A stretch of DNA of 64,000 nt, taken from assembly GCF_009914755.1 (NCBI RefSeq), contig NC_060937.1, one strand, 5' to 3'. Position numbers and translations under genes: made by a program. The notes below the pieces were generated by a model. The model had not been told where the DNA came from and ran no database searches. It was given only the letters and a program-made list of their open reading frames with translations. Every line of letters begins with the position of its first letter. Positions within the stretch are counted from its first letter, which is position 1. This document shows, one piece after another, positions 17,301-34,100 of this stretch. The DNA is from the human T2T-CHM13v2.0 reference genome, Homo sapiens.

Positions 17301-20300
17301 ATATTCTATAGTGTACATAAAATATCAAAGTACCCAAACTATACATTATATACTGTACATAAAATATGAAATTATATCAAATATATATTATATTAGGTAC
17401 ATAAAATATGAAAGTACATCAAATATAAATTATATACTGTACATAAAATACCAAAGTACCCCAAATATATATTATATACTGTACATGCAATATCAAAGTT
17501 CACAAACTATATATCATATACTGTACATAAAATATCAAAGTACCGAAGGTACATATTCTATACTGTACAAAAAATATCAAAGTACCCAAAGCATGTATTA
17601 TATACTGTACATAAAATATGAAAGTACATCAAATATATATTTTATTCTGTACATTAAATATCAAAGTACACCAAATATATATTCTATAGTGTACATAAAA
17701 TATCAAAGTACCCAAACGATACATTATATACTGTACATAAAATATGAAATTACATCAATTATATATTATATTAGGTACATAAAATATGAAAGTACATCAA
17801 ATATAGATTGTATACTGTGCATAAAATACCAAAGTACCCCAAATACATATTATATACTGTACATGAAATATGAAAGTTCACAAACTATATATTATATACT
17901 GTACATAAAATATCAAAGTACCCAAGGTATATATTCTATACTGTACAAAAAATATCAAAGTACCCAAAGCAAGTATTATATACTGTACATAAAATATGAA
18001 AGTACATCAAATATGTATTTTATTCTGTACATATAATATCAAAGTACACCAAATATATATTCTATAGTGTACATAAAATATCAAAGTACCCAAACTATAC
18101 ATTAGAAACTGTACATAAAATATGAAATTACATCAAATATATACTATATTATGTACATAAAATATGAAAGTACATCAAATATAGATTATATACTGTATGT
18201 AAAACACCAAAGTACCCCAAATATATATTTTATACTGTACATGAAATATCAAAGTTCACAAACTATATATTATATACTGTACATAAAATACCAAAGTACC
18301 GAAGGTATATATTCTATACTGTACAAAAAATATCAAAGTACCCAAAGCATGTATTATATACTGTACATAAAATATGAAAGTACATCAAATATATATTTTA
18401 TTCTGTACAAAAAATATCAAAGTACACAAGATATATATTCTATAGTGTACATTAAATATCAAAGTACCCAAACTATACATTATATACTGTACATAAAATA
18501 TGAAATTACATCAAATATATATTATATTAGGTACATAAAATATGAAAGTACATCAAATATACATTATATACTGTACATAAAATACCAAAGTACCCCAAAT
18601 TCATATTATATACTGTACATGAAATATGAAAGTTCACAAACTATATATTATATACTGTACATAAAATATCAAAGTACCCAAGGTATATATTCTATACTGT
18701 ACAAAAAATATCAAAGTACCCAAAGCATGTATTATATACTGTACATAAAATATGAAAGTACATCAAATATATATTTTATTCTGTACATAAAATATCAAAG
18801 TACACCAAATATATATTCTATAGTGTTCATAAAATATCAAAGTACCCAAACTATACATTATGTACTGTACATAAAATATGAAAATACATCAAATATATAT
18901 TATATTAGGTACATAACATATGAAAGTACATCAAATATAAATTATATACTGTACATAAAATACCAAAGTACCCCAAATATATATTATATACTGTACATGC
19001 AATATCAAAGTTCATAAACTATATATCATATACTGTACATAAAATATCAAAGTACCGAAGGTATATATTCTATGCTGTACAAAAAATATCAAAGTACCCA
19101 AAGCATGTATTATATACTGTACATAAAATATGAAAGTACATCAAATATATATTTTATTCTGTACATAAAATATCAAAGTACACCAAATATATATTCTATA
19201 GTGTACATAAAATATCAAAGTACCCAAACTATACATTATATACTGTACATAAAATATGAAATTACATCAAATATATATTATATTAGGTACATAAAATATG
19301 AAAGTACATCAAATATAAATTATATACTGTACATAAAATACCAAAGTACCCCAAATATATATTATATACTGTACATGAAATATCAAAGTTCACAAACTAT
19401 ATATTATATACTGTACATAAAATATCAAAATACCCAAGGTATATATTCTATACTCTACAAAAAAATCAAAGTACCCAAAGCATGTATTATATACGGTACA
19501 TAAAATATGAAAGTACATCAAATATATATTTAATTCTGTACATAAAATATCAAAGTACACCAAATATATATTCTATAGTGTACATAAAATATCAAAGTAG
19601 CCAAACTATACATTATATACTGTACATAAAATATGAAATTACATCAAATATATATTATATTATGTACATAAAATATGAAAGTACATCAAATATAGATTAT
19701 ATACTGTACATAAAATACCAAAGTACACCAAATATATATTTTATACTGTACATGCAATATCAAAGTTCACAAACTATATATTATATACTGTACATAAAAT
19801 ATCAAAGTACCCAAGGTATATATTCTATAATGTGCAAAAAATATCAAAGTACCCAAAGCATGTATTATATACTGTACATAAAATATGAAAGTACATCAAA
19901 TATATATTTTATTCTGTACATAAAATATCAAAGTACACTAAATATATATTCTATAGTGTACATAAAATATCAAAGTACCCAAACTATACATTATATACTG
20001 TACATAAAATATGAAATTACATCAAATATATATTATATTAGGTACATAAAATATGAAAGTACATCAAATATAGATTATATACTGTACATAAAATACCAAA
20101 GTACCCCAAATACATATTATATACTGTACATGAAATATCAAAGTTCACAAACTATATATTATATACTGTACATACAATATCAAAGTACCCAAGGTATATA
20201 GTCTATACTGTACAAAAAATATCAAAGTACCCCAAGCAAGTATTATATACTGTACATAAAATATGAAAGTACATCAAATATATATTTTATTCTGTACATA

Positions 20301-23300
20301 AAGTATCAAAGTACACCAAATATGTATCCTATTGTGTACATAAAATATCAAAGTACCCAAACTATACATTATATACTGTACATAAAATATGAAATTACAT
20401 CAAATATATATTATATTAGGTACTTAAAATATGAAAGTACATCAAATATAAATTATATACTGTACATAAAGTACCAAAGTACCCCAAATATATATTATAT
20501 ACTGTACATGCAATATCAAAGTTCACAAACTATATATCATATACTGTACACAAAATATCAAAGTACCGAAGGTATATATTCTATAGTGTACAAAAAATAT
20601 GAAAGTACGCAAAGCATGTATTATATACTGTACATAAAATATGAAAGTACATCAAATATATATTTTATTCTGTACATAAAATATCAAAGTACACCAAATA
20701 TATATTCTATAGTGTACATAAAATATCAAAGTACCCAAACTATACATTATATACAGTACATAAAATATGAAATTACATCAAATATATATTATAATAGGTA
20801 CATAAAATATGAAAGCACATCAAATATAAATTATATACTGTACATAAAATACCAAAGAACCCCAAATATATATTATATACTGTACATGAAATATCAAAGT
20901 TCACAAACTATATATTATATACTGTATATAAAATATCAAAGTACCCAAGGTATATATTCTATACTGTACAAAAAATATCAAAGTACCCAAAGCATGTATT
21001 ATATACTGTTCATAAAATATGAAAGTACATCAAATATATATTTTATTCTGTACATAAAATATCAAAGTACACCAAATATATATTCTATAGTTTACATAAA
21101 ATATCAAAGTACCCAAACTATACATTATATACTGTACATAAAATATGAAATTACATCAAATATATATTAAAATAGGTACATAAAATATGAAAGTACATCA
21201 AATATAGCTTATATACTGTACATAAAATATCAAAGTACCCCAAATATATATTATATACTGTACATGAAATATCAAAGTTCACAAACTATATATTATATAC
21301 TGTACATAAAATATCAAAGTACCCAAGGTATATATTCTGTACTGTATAAAAAATATCAAAGTACCCAAAGCATGTATTATATACTGTTCATAAAATATGA
21401 AAGTACATCAAATATGTATTTTATTCTGTACATAAAATATCAAAGTACACCAAATATATATTCTATAGTGTACATAAAATATCAAAGTACCCAAACTATA
21501 CATTATATACTGTACATAAAATATGAAATTACATCAAATATATATTATATTAGGTACATAAAATATGAAAGTACATCAAATATAGATTATATACTGTACA
21601 TAAAATACCAGAGAACCCCAAATATATATTATATACTGTACATGAAATATCAAAGTTCACAAACTATATATTATATACTGTACATAAAATATCAAAGTAC
21701 CCAAGGTATATATTCTATACTGTACAAAAAATATCAAAGTACCCAAAGCATGTATTATATACTGCTAATAAAATATGAAAGTACATCAAATATATATTTT
21801 ATTCTGTACATAAAATATCAAAGTACACCAAATATATATTCTATAGTGTACATAAAATATCAAATTACCCAAACTATACATTATATACTGTACATAAAAT
21901 ATGAAATTACATCAAATATATATTATATTAGGTACATAAAATATGAAAGTACATCAAATATAAATTATATACTGTACATAAAATATCAAAGTACCTCAAA
22001 TATATAGTATATACTGTACATGAAATATCAAAGTTCACAAGCTATATATTATATACTGCACATAAAATAGCAAAGTACCCAAGGTATATATTCTATACTG
22101 TACAAAAAATATAAAAGTACCCAAAACATGTATTATATACTGTACATAAAATATGAAAGTACATCAAATATATATTTTATTCTGTACATAAAATATCAAA
22201 GTACACCAAATATATATTCTATAGTGTACATAAAATATCAAAGTACCCAAAGTATACATTATATACTGTACATAAAATATGAAATTACATCAAATATATA
22301 TTACATTAGGTAAATAAAATATGAAAGTACATCAAATATAGATTATATACTGTACATAAAATATCAAAGTACCCCAAATATATATTATATACTGTACATG
22401 AAATATCAAAGTTCACAAACTATATATTATATACTGTACATAAAATATCAAAGTACCCAAGGTATATATTCTATACTGTACAAAATATATCAAAGTACCC
22501 AAAGCATGTATTATATACTGTACATAAAATATGAAAGTACATCAAATAAATAGTTTATTCTGTACATAAAATATCAAAGTACACCAAATATATATTCTAT
22601 AGTGTACATAAAATATCAAAGTACCCAAACTATACATTATAAACTGTAGATAAAATATGAAATTACATCAAATATATACTATATTATGTACATAAAATAT
22701 GAAAGTACATCAAATATAGATTATATACTGTACATAAAATACCAAAGTACCCCAAATAAATATTTTATACTGTACATGCAATATCAAAGTTCACAAACTA
22801 TATATTATATACTGTACATAAAATATCAAAATACCAAAGGTATATATTCTATACTGTACAAAAAATATCAAATTACGCAAAGCATGTATTATATACTGTA
22901 CATAAAATATGAAAGTACATCAAATATATATTTTATTCTGTACATAAAATATCAAAGTACACCAAATATATATTCTATAGTGTACATAAAATATCAAAGT
23001 ACCCAAACTATACATTATATACTGTACATAAAATATGAAATTACATCAAATATATATTAAAATAGGTACAAAAAATATGAAAGTACATCAAATATAAATT
23101 ATATACTGTACATAAAATACCAAAGAACCCCAAATATATATTATATACTGTACATGAAATATCAAAGTTCACAAACTATATATTAAATACTGTATATAAA
23201 ATATCAAAGTACCCAAGGTATATATTCTGTACTGTATAAAAAATATCAAAGTACCCAAAGCATGTATTATATACTGTTCATAAAATATGAAAGTACATCA

Positions 23301-23399
23301 AATATGTATTTTATTCTGTACATAAAATATCAAAGTACACCAAATATATATTCTATAGTGTACATAAAATATCAAAGTACCCAAACTATACATTATATA

Positions 23400-24660
23400 C
23401 TGTACATAAAATATGAAATTACATCAAATATATATTATATTAGGTACATAAAATATGAAAGTACATCAAATATAGATTATATACTGTACATAAAATACCA
23501 AAGTACCCCAAATATATATTTTATACTGTACATGAAATATCAAAGTTCACAAACTATATATTATATACTGTACATAAAATATCAAAGTACCCAAGGTATA
23601 TATTCTATACTGTACAAAAAATATCAAAGTACCCAAACATGTATTATATACTGTACATGAAATATGAAAGTACATCAAATATATATTTTATTCTGTACAT
23701 AAAATATCAAAGTACACCAAATATATATTCTATAGTGTACATAAAATATCAAAGTACCCAAACTATACCTTATATACTGTACATAAAATATGAAATTACA
23801 TCAAATATATATTATATTAGGTACATAAAATATGAAAGTACATCAAATATAGATTATATACTGTACATAAAATACCAAAGTACCCCAAATATATATTTTA
23901 TACTGTACATGAAATATCAAAGTTCACAAACTATATATTGTATACTGTACATAAAATATCAAAGTACCCAAGGTATATATTCTATACTGTACAAAAAATA
24001 TCAAAGTACCCAAACATGTATTATATACTGTACATGAAATATGAAAGTACATCAAATATATATTTTATTCTGTACATAAAATATCAAAGTACACCAAATA
24101 TATATTCTATAGTGTACATAAAATATCAAAGTACCCAAACTATACCTTATATACTGTACATAAAATATGAAATTACATCAAATATATATTATATTAGGTA
24201 CATAAAATATGAAAGTACATCAAATATAGATTATATACTGTACATAAAATACCAAAGTACCTCAAATATATATTTTATACTGTACATGAAATATCAAAGT
24301 TAACAAAATATATATTATATACTGTACATAAAATATCAAAGTACCCAAGGTATATATTCTATACTGTACAAAAAATATCAAAGTACCCAAACATGTATTA
24401 TATACTGTACATGAAATATGAAAGTACATCAAATATATATTTTATTCTGTACATAAAATATAAAAGTACACCAAATATATATTCTATAGTGTACATAAAA
24501 TATAAAAGTACCCAAACTATACCTTATATACTGTACATAAAATATGAAATTACATCAAATATATATTATATTAGGTACATAAAATATGAAAGTACATCAA
24601 ATATAGATTATATACTGTACATAAAATACCAAAGTACCCCAAATATATATTTTATACTGT
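23400..24660 (+). repeat. 377-bp variant 9-mer mini-array (~3 copies)
   Basis: G-monomer ATG positions 23262, 23639, 24016 and 24393 are 377 bp apart. There is a 1-bp deletion (acccaaacatg vs acccaaagcatg) at ~23637, ~24014 and ~24391, linked to catgaaatatg and tataccttat variants. Confidence 0.9.
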
Positions 24661-26656
24661 ACATGAAATATCAGAGTTCACATACTATATATTATATACT
24701 GTACATAAAATATCAAAGTACTCAAGTTATATATTCTATACTGTACAAAAAATATCAAAGTACCCAAAGCATGTATTATATACTGTACATAAAATATGAA
24801 AGTACATGAAATATATATTTTATTGTGTACAAACAATATCAAAGTATACCAAATATATATTCTATACTGTACATAAAATATCAAAGTACCCAAACTATAC
24901 ATTATATACTGTACATAAAATATGAAATTACATCAAATATATATTAGTTACATAAAATATGAAAGTACATCAAATATAGATTATATACTGTACATAAAAT
25001 ACCAAAGTACCCCAAATAAATATTTTATACTGTACATGAAATATCAAAGTTCACAAACTATATATTATATACTGCACATAAAATATCAAAGTACCCAAGT
25101 TATATATTCTATACTGTACAAAAAATATCAAAGTACCCAAAGCATGTATTATATACTGTACATGAAATATGAAAGTACATCAAATATATATTTTATTCTG
25201 TACATAAAATATCAAAGTACACCAAATATATATTCTATACTGTACATAAAATATCAAAGTACCCAAACTATACATTATATACTGTACATAAAATATGAAA
25301 TTACATCAAATATATATTATATTAGGTAAATAAAATATGAAAGTACATCAAATATAGATTATATACTGTACATAAAATACCAAAGTACCCCAAATACATA
25401 TTATATACTGTACAAGAAATATCAAAGTTCATAAACTATATATTATATACTGTACATAAAATATCAAAGTACCCAAGGTATATATTCTATACTGTACAAA
25501 AATATCAAAGTACCCAAAGCATGTATTATATACTGTACATAAAATATGAAAGTACATCAAATATATATTTTATTCTGTACATAAAATATCAAGGTACACC
25601 AAATATATATTCTATAGTGTACATAAATTATCAAAGTTCCCAAACTATACATTATATCCTGTACATAAAATATGAAATTACATCAAATATATATTATATT
25701 AGGTACATAAAATATGAAAGTACATCAAATATAAATTATATACTGTACATAAAATACCAAAGAACCCCAAATATATATAGTATACTGTACATGAAATATC
25801 AAAGTTCACAAACTATATATTACATACTGTATACAAAATATCAAAGTACCCAAGGTTTATATTCTATACTGTACAAAAATTATCAAAGTACCCAAAGCAT
25901 GTATTATATACTCTTCATAAAATATGAAAGTACATCAAATATATATTTTATTCTGTACATAAAATATCAAAGTACACCAAATATATATTCTATAGTGTAC
26001 ATAAAATATCAAAGTACCCAAACTATACATTATATACTGTACATAAAATATGAAATTACATCAAATATATATTATATTAGGTACATAAAATATGAAAGTA
26101 CATCAAATATAAATTATATACTGTACATAAAATATCAAAGTACCTCAAATATATATTATATACTGTACATGAAATATCAAAGTTCACAAACTATATATTA
26201 TATACTGTACATAAAATATCAAAGTACCCAAGGTATATATTCTATACTGTACAAAAAATATAAAAGTACCCAAAACATGTATTATATACTGTACATAAAA
26301 TATGAAAGTACAAAAAAAATATATATTTTATTCTGTACATAAAATATCAAAGTACACCAAATATATATTCTATAGTGTACATAAAATATCAAAGTACCCA
26401 AACTATACATTATATACTGTACATAAAATATGAAATTACATCAAATATATATTACTTTAGGTACATAAAATATGAAAGTACATCAAATATAGATTATATA
26501 CTGTACATAAAATATCAAAGTACCCCAAATATATATTATATACTGTACATGAAATATCAAAGTTCACAAACTATATATTATATACTGTACATAAAATATC
26601 AAAGTACCCAAGGTATATATTCTATACTGTACAAAAAATATCAAAGTACCCAAAGC

Positions 26657-29600
26657 ATGTATTATATACTGTACATAAAATATGAAAGTACATCAAATAA
26701 ATATTTTATTCTGTACATAAAATATCAAAGTACACCAAATATATATTCTATAGTGTACATAAAATATCAAAGTACCCAAACTATACATTATAAACTGTAC
26801 ATAAAATATGAAATTACATCAAATATATACTATATTATGTACATAAAATATGAAAGTACATCAAATATAGATTATATACTGTACATGAAATACCAAAGTA
26901 CCCCAAATAAATATTTTATACTGTACATGCAATATCAAAGTTCACAAACTATATATTATATACTGTACATAAAATATCAAAGTACCCAAGGTATATATTC
27001 TATACTGTACAAAAAATATCAAGGTACCCAAAGCATGTATTATGTACTGTACATAAAATAAGAAAGTACATCAAATATATATTTTATTTTGTACATAAAA
27101 TATCAAAGTACACCAAATATATATTCTATAGTGTACATAAAATATCAAAGTACCCAAACTATACATTATATACTGTACATAAAATATGAAATTACATCAA
27201 ATATATATTATATTAGGTACATAAAATAAGAAAATACATCAAATATAAATTATATACAGTACATAAAATACCAAAGTACCCCAAATATATATTATATACT
27301 GTACATGCAATATCAAAGTTCACAAACTATATATCATATACTGTACATAAAATATCAAAGTACCGAAGGTATATATTCTATACTGTACAAAAAATATCAA
27401 AGTACGCAAAGCATGTATTATATACTGTACATAAAATATGAAAGTACATCAAATATATATTTTATTCTGTACATAAAATATCAAAGTACACCAAATATAT
27501 ATTCTATAGTGTACATAAAATATCAAAGTACCCAAACTATACATTATATACTGTACATAAAATATGAAACTACATCAAATATATATTATAATAGGTACAT
27601 AAAATATGAAAGTACATCAAATATAAATTATATACTGCACATAAAATACCAAAGAACACCAAATATATATTATATACTGTACATGAAATATCAAAGTTCA
27701 CAAACTATATATTATCTACTGTATATAAAATATCAAAGTACCCAAGGTATATATTCTGTACTGTATAAAAAATATCAAAGTACCCAAAGCATGTATTATA
27801 TACTGTTCATAAAATATGAAAGTTCATCAAATATATATTTTATTCTGTACATAAAATATCAAAGTACACCAAATATATATTCTATAGTGTACATAAAATA
27901 TCAAAGTACCCAAACCATACATTATATACTGTACATAAAATATGAAATTACATCAAATATATATTATATTAGGTACATAAAATATGAAAGTACATCAAAT
28001 ATTGATTATATAGTGTACATAAAATACCAAAGTATCCCAAATATATATTATATACAGTACATGAAATATCAAAGTTCACAAACTATATATTATATACTGT
28101 ACATAAAATATCAAGGTACACAAGGAATATATTCTATACTCTACAAAAAATATCAAAGTACCCAAAGCATGTATTATATACGGTACATAAAATATGAAAG
28201 TACATCAAATATATAATTAATTCTGTACATAAAATATCAAAGTACACCAAATATATATTCTATAGTGTACATAAAATATCAAATTACCCAAACTATACAT
28301 TATATACTGTACATAAAATATGAAATTACGTCAAATATATATTATATTATGTACATAAAATATGAAAGTACATCAAATATAGATTATATACTGTACATAA
28401 AATACCAAAGTACACCAAATATATATTTTATACTGTACATGAAATATCAAAGTTCACAAACTATGTATTATATACTGTAGATAAAATATCAAAGTACCCA
28501 AGGTATGTATTCTATACTCTACAAAAAATATCAAAGTACCCAAAGCATGTATTATATACTGTACATACAATATGAAAGTACATCAAATATAGATTATATA
28601 CTGTACATAAAATACCAAAGAACCGCAAATATATATTATATACTGTACATGAAATATCAAAGTTCACAAACTATATATTATATACTGTATATAAAATAAC
28701 AATGTGCCCAAGGTATATATTCTATACTGTACGAAAAATATCAAAGTACCCAAAGCATGTATTATATACTGTACATAAAATATGAAAGTACATCAAATAT
28801 ATATTTTATTCTGTACATAAAATATCAAAGTACACCAAATATATATTCTATAGTGTACATAAAATATCAAAGTACCCAAACGATACATTATATACTGTAC
28901 ATAAAATATGAAATTACATCAATTATATATTATATTAGGTACATAAAATATGAAAGTACATCAAATATAGATTGTATACTGTGCATAAAATACCAAAGTA
29001 CCCCAAATACATATTATATACTGTACATGAAATATGAAAGTTCACAAACTATATATTATATACTGTACATAAAATATCAAAGTACCCAAGGTATATATTC
29101 TATACTGTACAAAAAATAACAAAGTACCCAAAGCATGTATTATATACTGTACATAAAATATGAAAGTACATCAAATAAATATTTTATCCTGTACATAAAA
29201 TATCAAAGTACACCAAATATATATTCTATAGTGTACATAAAATATCAAAGTACCCAAACTATACATTATAAACTGTACATAAAATATGAAATTACATCAA
29301 ATATATACTATATTATGTACATAAAATATGAAAGTACATCAAATATAGATTATGTACTGTACATGAAATACCAAAGTACCCCAAATAAATATTTTATACA
29401 GAACATGCAATATCAAAGTTCACAAACTATATATTATATACTGTACATAAAATATCAAAGTACCCAAGGTATATATTCTATACTGTACAAAAAATATCAA
29501 AGTACCCAAAGCATGTATTATATACTGTACATAAAATAAGAAAGTACATCAAATATATATTTTATTTTGTACATAAAATATCAAAGTACACCAAATATAT

Positions 29601-31160
29601 ATTCTATAGTGTACATAAAATATCAAAGTACCCAAACTATACATTATATACTGTACATAAAATATGAAATTACATCAAATATATATTATATTAGGTACAT
29701 AAAATATGAAAGTACATCAAATATAAATTATATACAGTACATAAAATACCAAAGTACCACAAATATATATTATATACTCTACATGCAATATCAAAGTTCA
29801 CAAACTATATATCATATACTGTACATAAAATATCAAAGTACCGAAGGTATATATTCTCTACTGTACAAAAAATATCAAAGTACGCAAAGCATGTATTATA
29901 TACTGTACATAAAATATGAAAGTACATCAAATATATATTTTATTCTGTACATAAAATATCAAAGTACACCAAATATATATTCTATAGTGTACATAAAATA
30001 TCAAAGTACCCAAACTATACATTATATACTGTACATAAAATATGAAACTACATCAAATATATATTATAATAGGTACATAAAATATGAAAGTACATCAAAT
30101 ATAAATTATATACTGTACATAAAATACCAAAGAACACCAAATATATATTATATACTGTACATGAAATATCAAAGTTCACAAACTATATATTATATACTGT
30201 ATATAAAATATCAAAGTACCCAAGGTATATATTCTGTACTGTATAAAAAATATCAAAGTACCCAAAGCATGTATTATATACTGTTCATAAAATATGAAAG
30301 TTCATCAAATATATATTTTATTCTGTACATAAAATATCAAAGTACACCAAATATATATTCTATAGTGTACATAAAATATCAAAGTACCCAAACCATACAT
30401 TATATACTGTACATAAAATATGAAATTACATCAAATATATATTATATTAGGTACATAAAATATGAAAGTACATCAAATATAGATTATATAGTGTACATAA
30501 AATACCAAAGTACACCAAATATATATTTTATACTGTACATGAAATATCAAAGTTCACAAACTATATATCATATACTGTACATAAAATATCAAGATACCCA
30601 AGGTATATATTCTATACTCTACAAAAAATATCAAAGTACCCAAAGCATGTATTATATACGGTACATAAAATATGAAAGTACATCTAATATATATTTAATT
30701 CTGTACATAAAATATCAAAGTACACCAAATATATATTCTATAGTGTACATAAAATATCAAAGTACCCAAACTATACATTATATACTGTACATAAAATATG
30801 AAATTACGTCAAATATATATTATATTATGTACATAAAATATGAAAGTACATCAAATATAGATTATATACTGTACATAAAATACCAAAGTACACCAAATAT
30901 ATATTTTATACTGTACATGAAATATCAAAGTTCACAAACTATGTATTATATACTGTAGATAAAACATCAAAGTACCCAAGGTATGTATTCTATACTGTAC
31001 AAAAAATATCAAAGTACCCAAAGCATGTATTATATACTGTACATACAATATGAAAGTACATCAAATATAGATTATATACTGTACATAAAATACCAAAGAA
31101 CCGCAAATACAAATTATATACTGTACATGAAATATCAAAGTTCACAAACTATATATTATA
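26657..31160 (+). repeat. Tandem duplication, period 2478 bp (59 monomers)
   Basis: ORF ends 27061/29539 and ORF starts 28505/30983 are 2478 apart. Shared ETTSN, ESSSN, QTMYYIL* and IQYESTSNIDY..RTA variants, plus a shared 4-monomer deletion. Confidence 0.88.
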
Positions 31161-34100
31161 TACTGTACATGAAATATCAAATTACCCAAGGTATATATTC
31201 TATACTGTACAAAAAATATCAAAGTACCCAAAGCATGTATTATATACTGTACATAAAATAATAACGTACATCAAATATATATTTTATTCTGTACATAAAA
31301 TATCAAAGTACACTAAATATATATTCTATAGTGTACATAAAATATCAAAGTACCCAAACTATACATTATATACTGTACATAAAATATGAAATTACATCAA
31401 ATATATATTATATTAGGTACATAAAATATGAAAGTACATCAAATATAAATTATATACTGTACATAAAATACCAAAGTAACCCAAATATATATTATATACT
31501 GTACATGCAATATCAAAGTTCACAAACTATATATCATATACTGTACATAAAATATCAAAGTACCGAACGTATATATTCTATACTGTACAAAAAATATCAA
31601 AGTACCCAAAGCATGTATTATATACTGTACATAAAATATGAAATTACATCTAATATATATTTTATTCTGTACATAAAATATCAAAGTACACAAAATATAT
31701 ATTCTATACTGTACATAAAATATCAAAGTACCCAAACTATACATTATATACTGTACATAAAATATGAAATTACATCAAATATATATTATATTAGGTATAT
31801 AAAATATGAAAGTACATCAAATATAAATTATATACTGTACATAAAATACCAAAGTACCCCAAATATATATTATATACTCTACATGAAATATCAAAGTTCA
31901 CAAACTATATATTATATACTGTACATAAAATATCAATGTGCACAAGGTATATATTCTATACTTTACAAAAAATATCAAAGTACCCAAAGCATGTATTATA
32001 TACTGTACATAAAATATGAAAGTACATCAAATATATATTTTATTCTGTACATAAAATATCAAAGTACACCAAATATATATTCTATAGTGTACATAAAATA
32101 TCAAAGTACCCAAACCATACATTATATACTGTACATAAAATATGAAATTACATCAAATATATATTATATTAGGTACATAAAATATGAAAGTACATCAAAT
32201 ATAGATTATATAGTGTACATAAAATACCAAAGTACCCCAAAGATATATTATATACTGTACATGAAATATCAAAGTTCACAAACTATATATTATATACTGT
32301 ACATAAAATATCAAGGTACCCAAGGTATATATTCTATACTCTACAAAAAATATCAAAGTACCCAAAGCATGTATTATATACGGTACATAAAATATGAAAG
32401 TACATCAAATATATATTTAATTCTGCACATAAAATATCAAAGTACACCAAATATATATTCTATAGTGTACATAAAATATCAAAGTACCCAAACTATACAT
32501 TATATACTGTACATAAAATATGAAATTACGTCAAATATATATTATATTATGTACATAAAATATGAAAGTACATCAAATATAGATTATATACTGTACATAA
32601 AATACCAAAGTACACCAAACATATATTTTATACTGTACATGAAATATCAAAGTTCACAAACTATATATTATTTACTGTAGATAAAATATCAAAGTACCCA
32701 AGGTATGTATTCTATACTGTACAAAAAATATCAAAGTACCCAAAGCTTGTATTATATACTGTACATAAAATATGAAAGTACATCAAATATAGATTATATA
32801 CTGTACATAAAATACCAAAGTACCCCAAGTATATATTATATACTGTACATGCAATATCAAAGTTCACAAACTATATATCATATACTGTACATAAAATATC
32901 AAAGTACCGAAGGTATATATTCTATAGTGTACAAAAAATATGAAAGTACGCAAAGCATGTATTATATACTGTACATAAAATATGAAAGTACATCAAATAA
33001 ATATTTTATTCTGTACATAAAATATCAAAGTACACCAAATATATATTCTACAGTGTACATAAAATATCAAAGTACCCAAACTATACATTATATACAGTAC
33101 ATAAAATATGAAATTACATCAAATATATATTATAATAGGTACATAAAATATGAAAGTACATCAAATATAAATTATATACTGTACATAAAATACCAAAGAA
33201 CCCCAAATATATATTATATACTGTACATGAAATATCAAAGTTCACAAACTATATATTATATACTGTATATAAAATATCAAAGTACCCAAGGTATATATTC
33301 TATACTGTACAAAAAATATCAAAGTACCCAAAGCATGTATTATATACTGTTCATAAAATATGAAAGTACATCAAATATATATTTTATTCTGTACATAAAA
33401 TATCAAAGTACACCAAATATATATTCTATAGTGTACATTAAATATCAAAGTACCCAAACTATACATTATATACTGTACATAAAATATGAAATTACATCAA
33501 ATATATATTATATTAGGTACATAAAATATGAAAGTACATCAAATATAGATTATATACTGTACATAAAATACCAAAGTACCCCAAGTACATATTATATACT
33601 GTACATGAAATATCAAAGTTCACAAACTATATATTATATACTGTACATAAAATATCAAAGTACCCAAGGTATATATTCTATACTGTACAAAAAATATCAA
33701 AGTACCCAAAGCAAGTATTATATACTGTACATAAAATATGAAAGTACATCAAATATATATTTTATTCTGTACATAAAGTATCAAAGTACACCAAATATAT
33801 ATTTTATAGTGTACATAAAATATCAAAGTACCCAAACTATACATTATATACTGTACATAAAATATGAACTTACATCAAATATATATTATATTAGGTACTT
33901 AAAATATGAAAGTACATCAAATATAAATTATATACTGTACATGAAATACCAAAGTACCCCAAATATATATTATATACTGTACATGCAATATCAAAGTTCA
34001 CAAACTATATATCATATACTGTACATAAAATATCAAAGTACCGAAGGTATATATTCTATAGTGTACAAAAAATATGAAAGTACGCAAAGCATGTATTATA

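Noticed and set aside
26305-26325. A8 run as a retrotransposon poly(A) remnant
   Set aside because: It is only +2 bp relative to consensus, with no target-site duplication or foreign sequence; slippage or a sequencing error is simpler.
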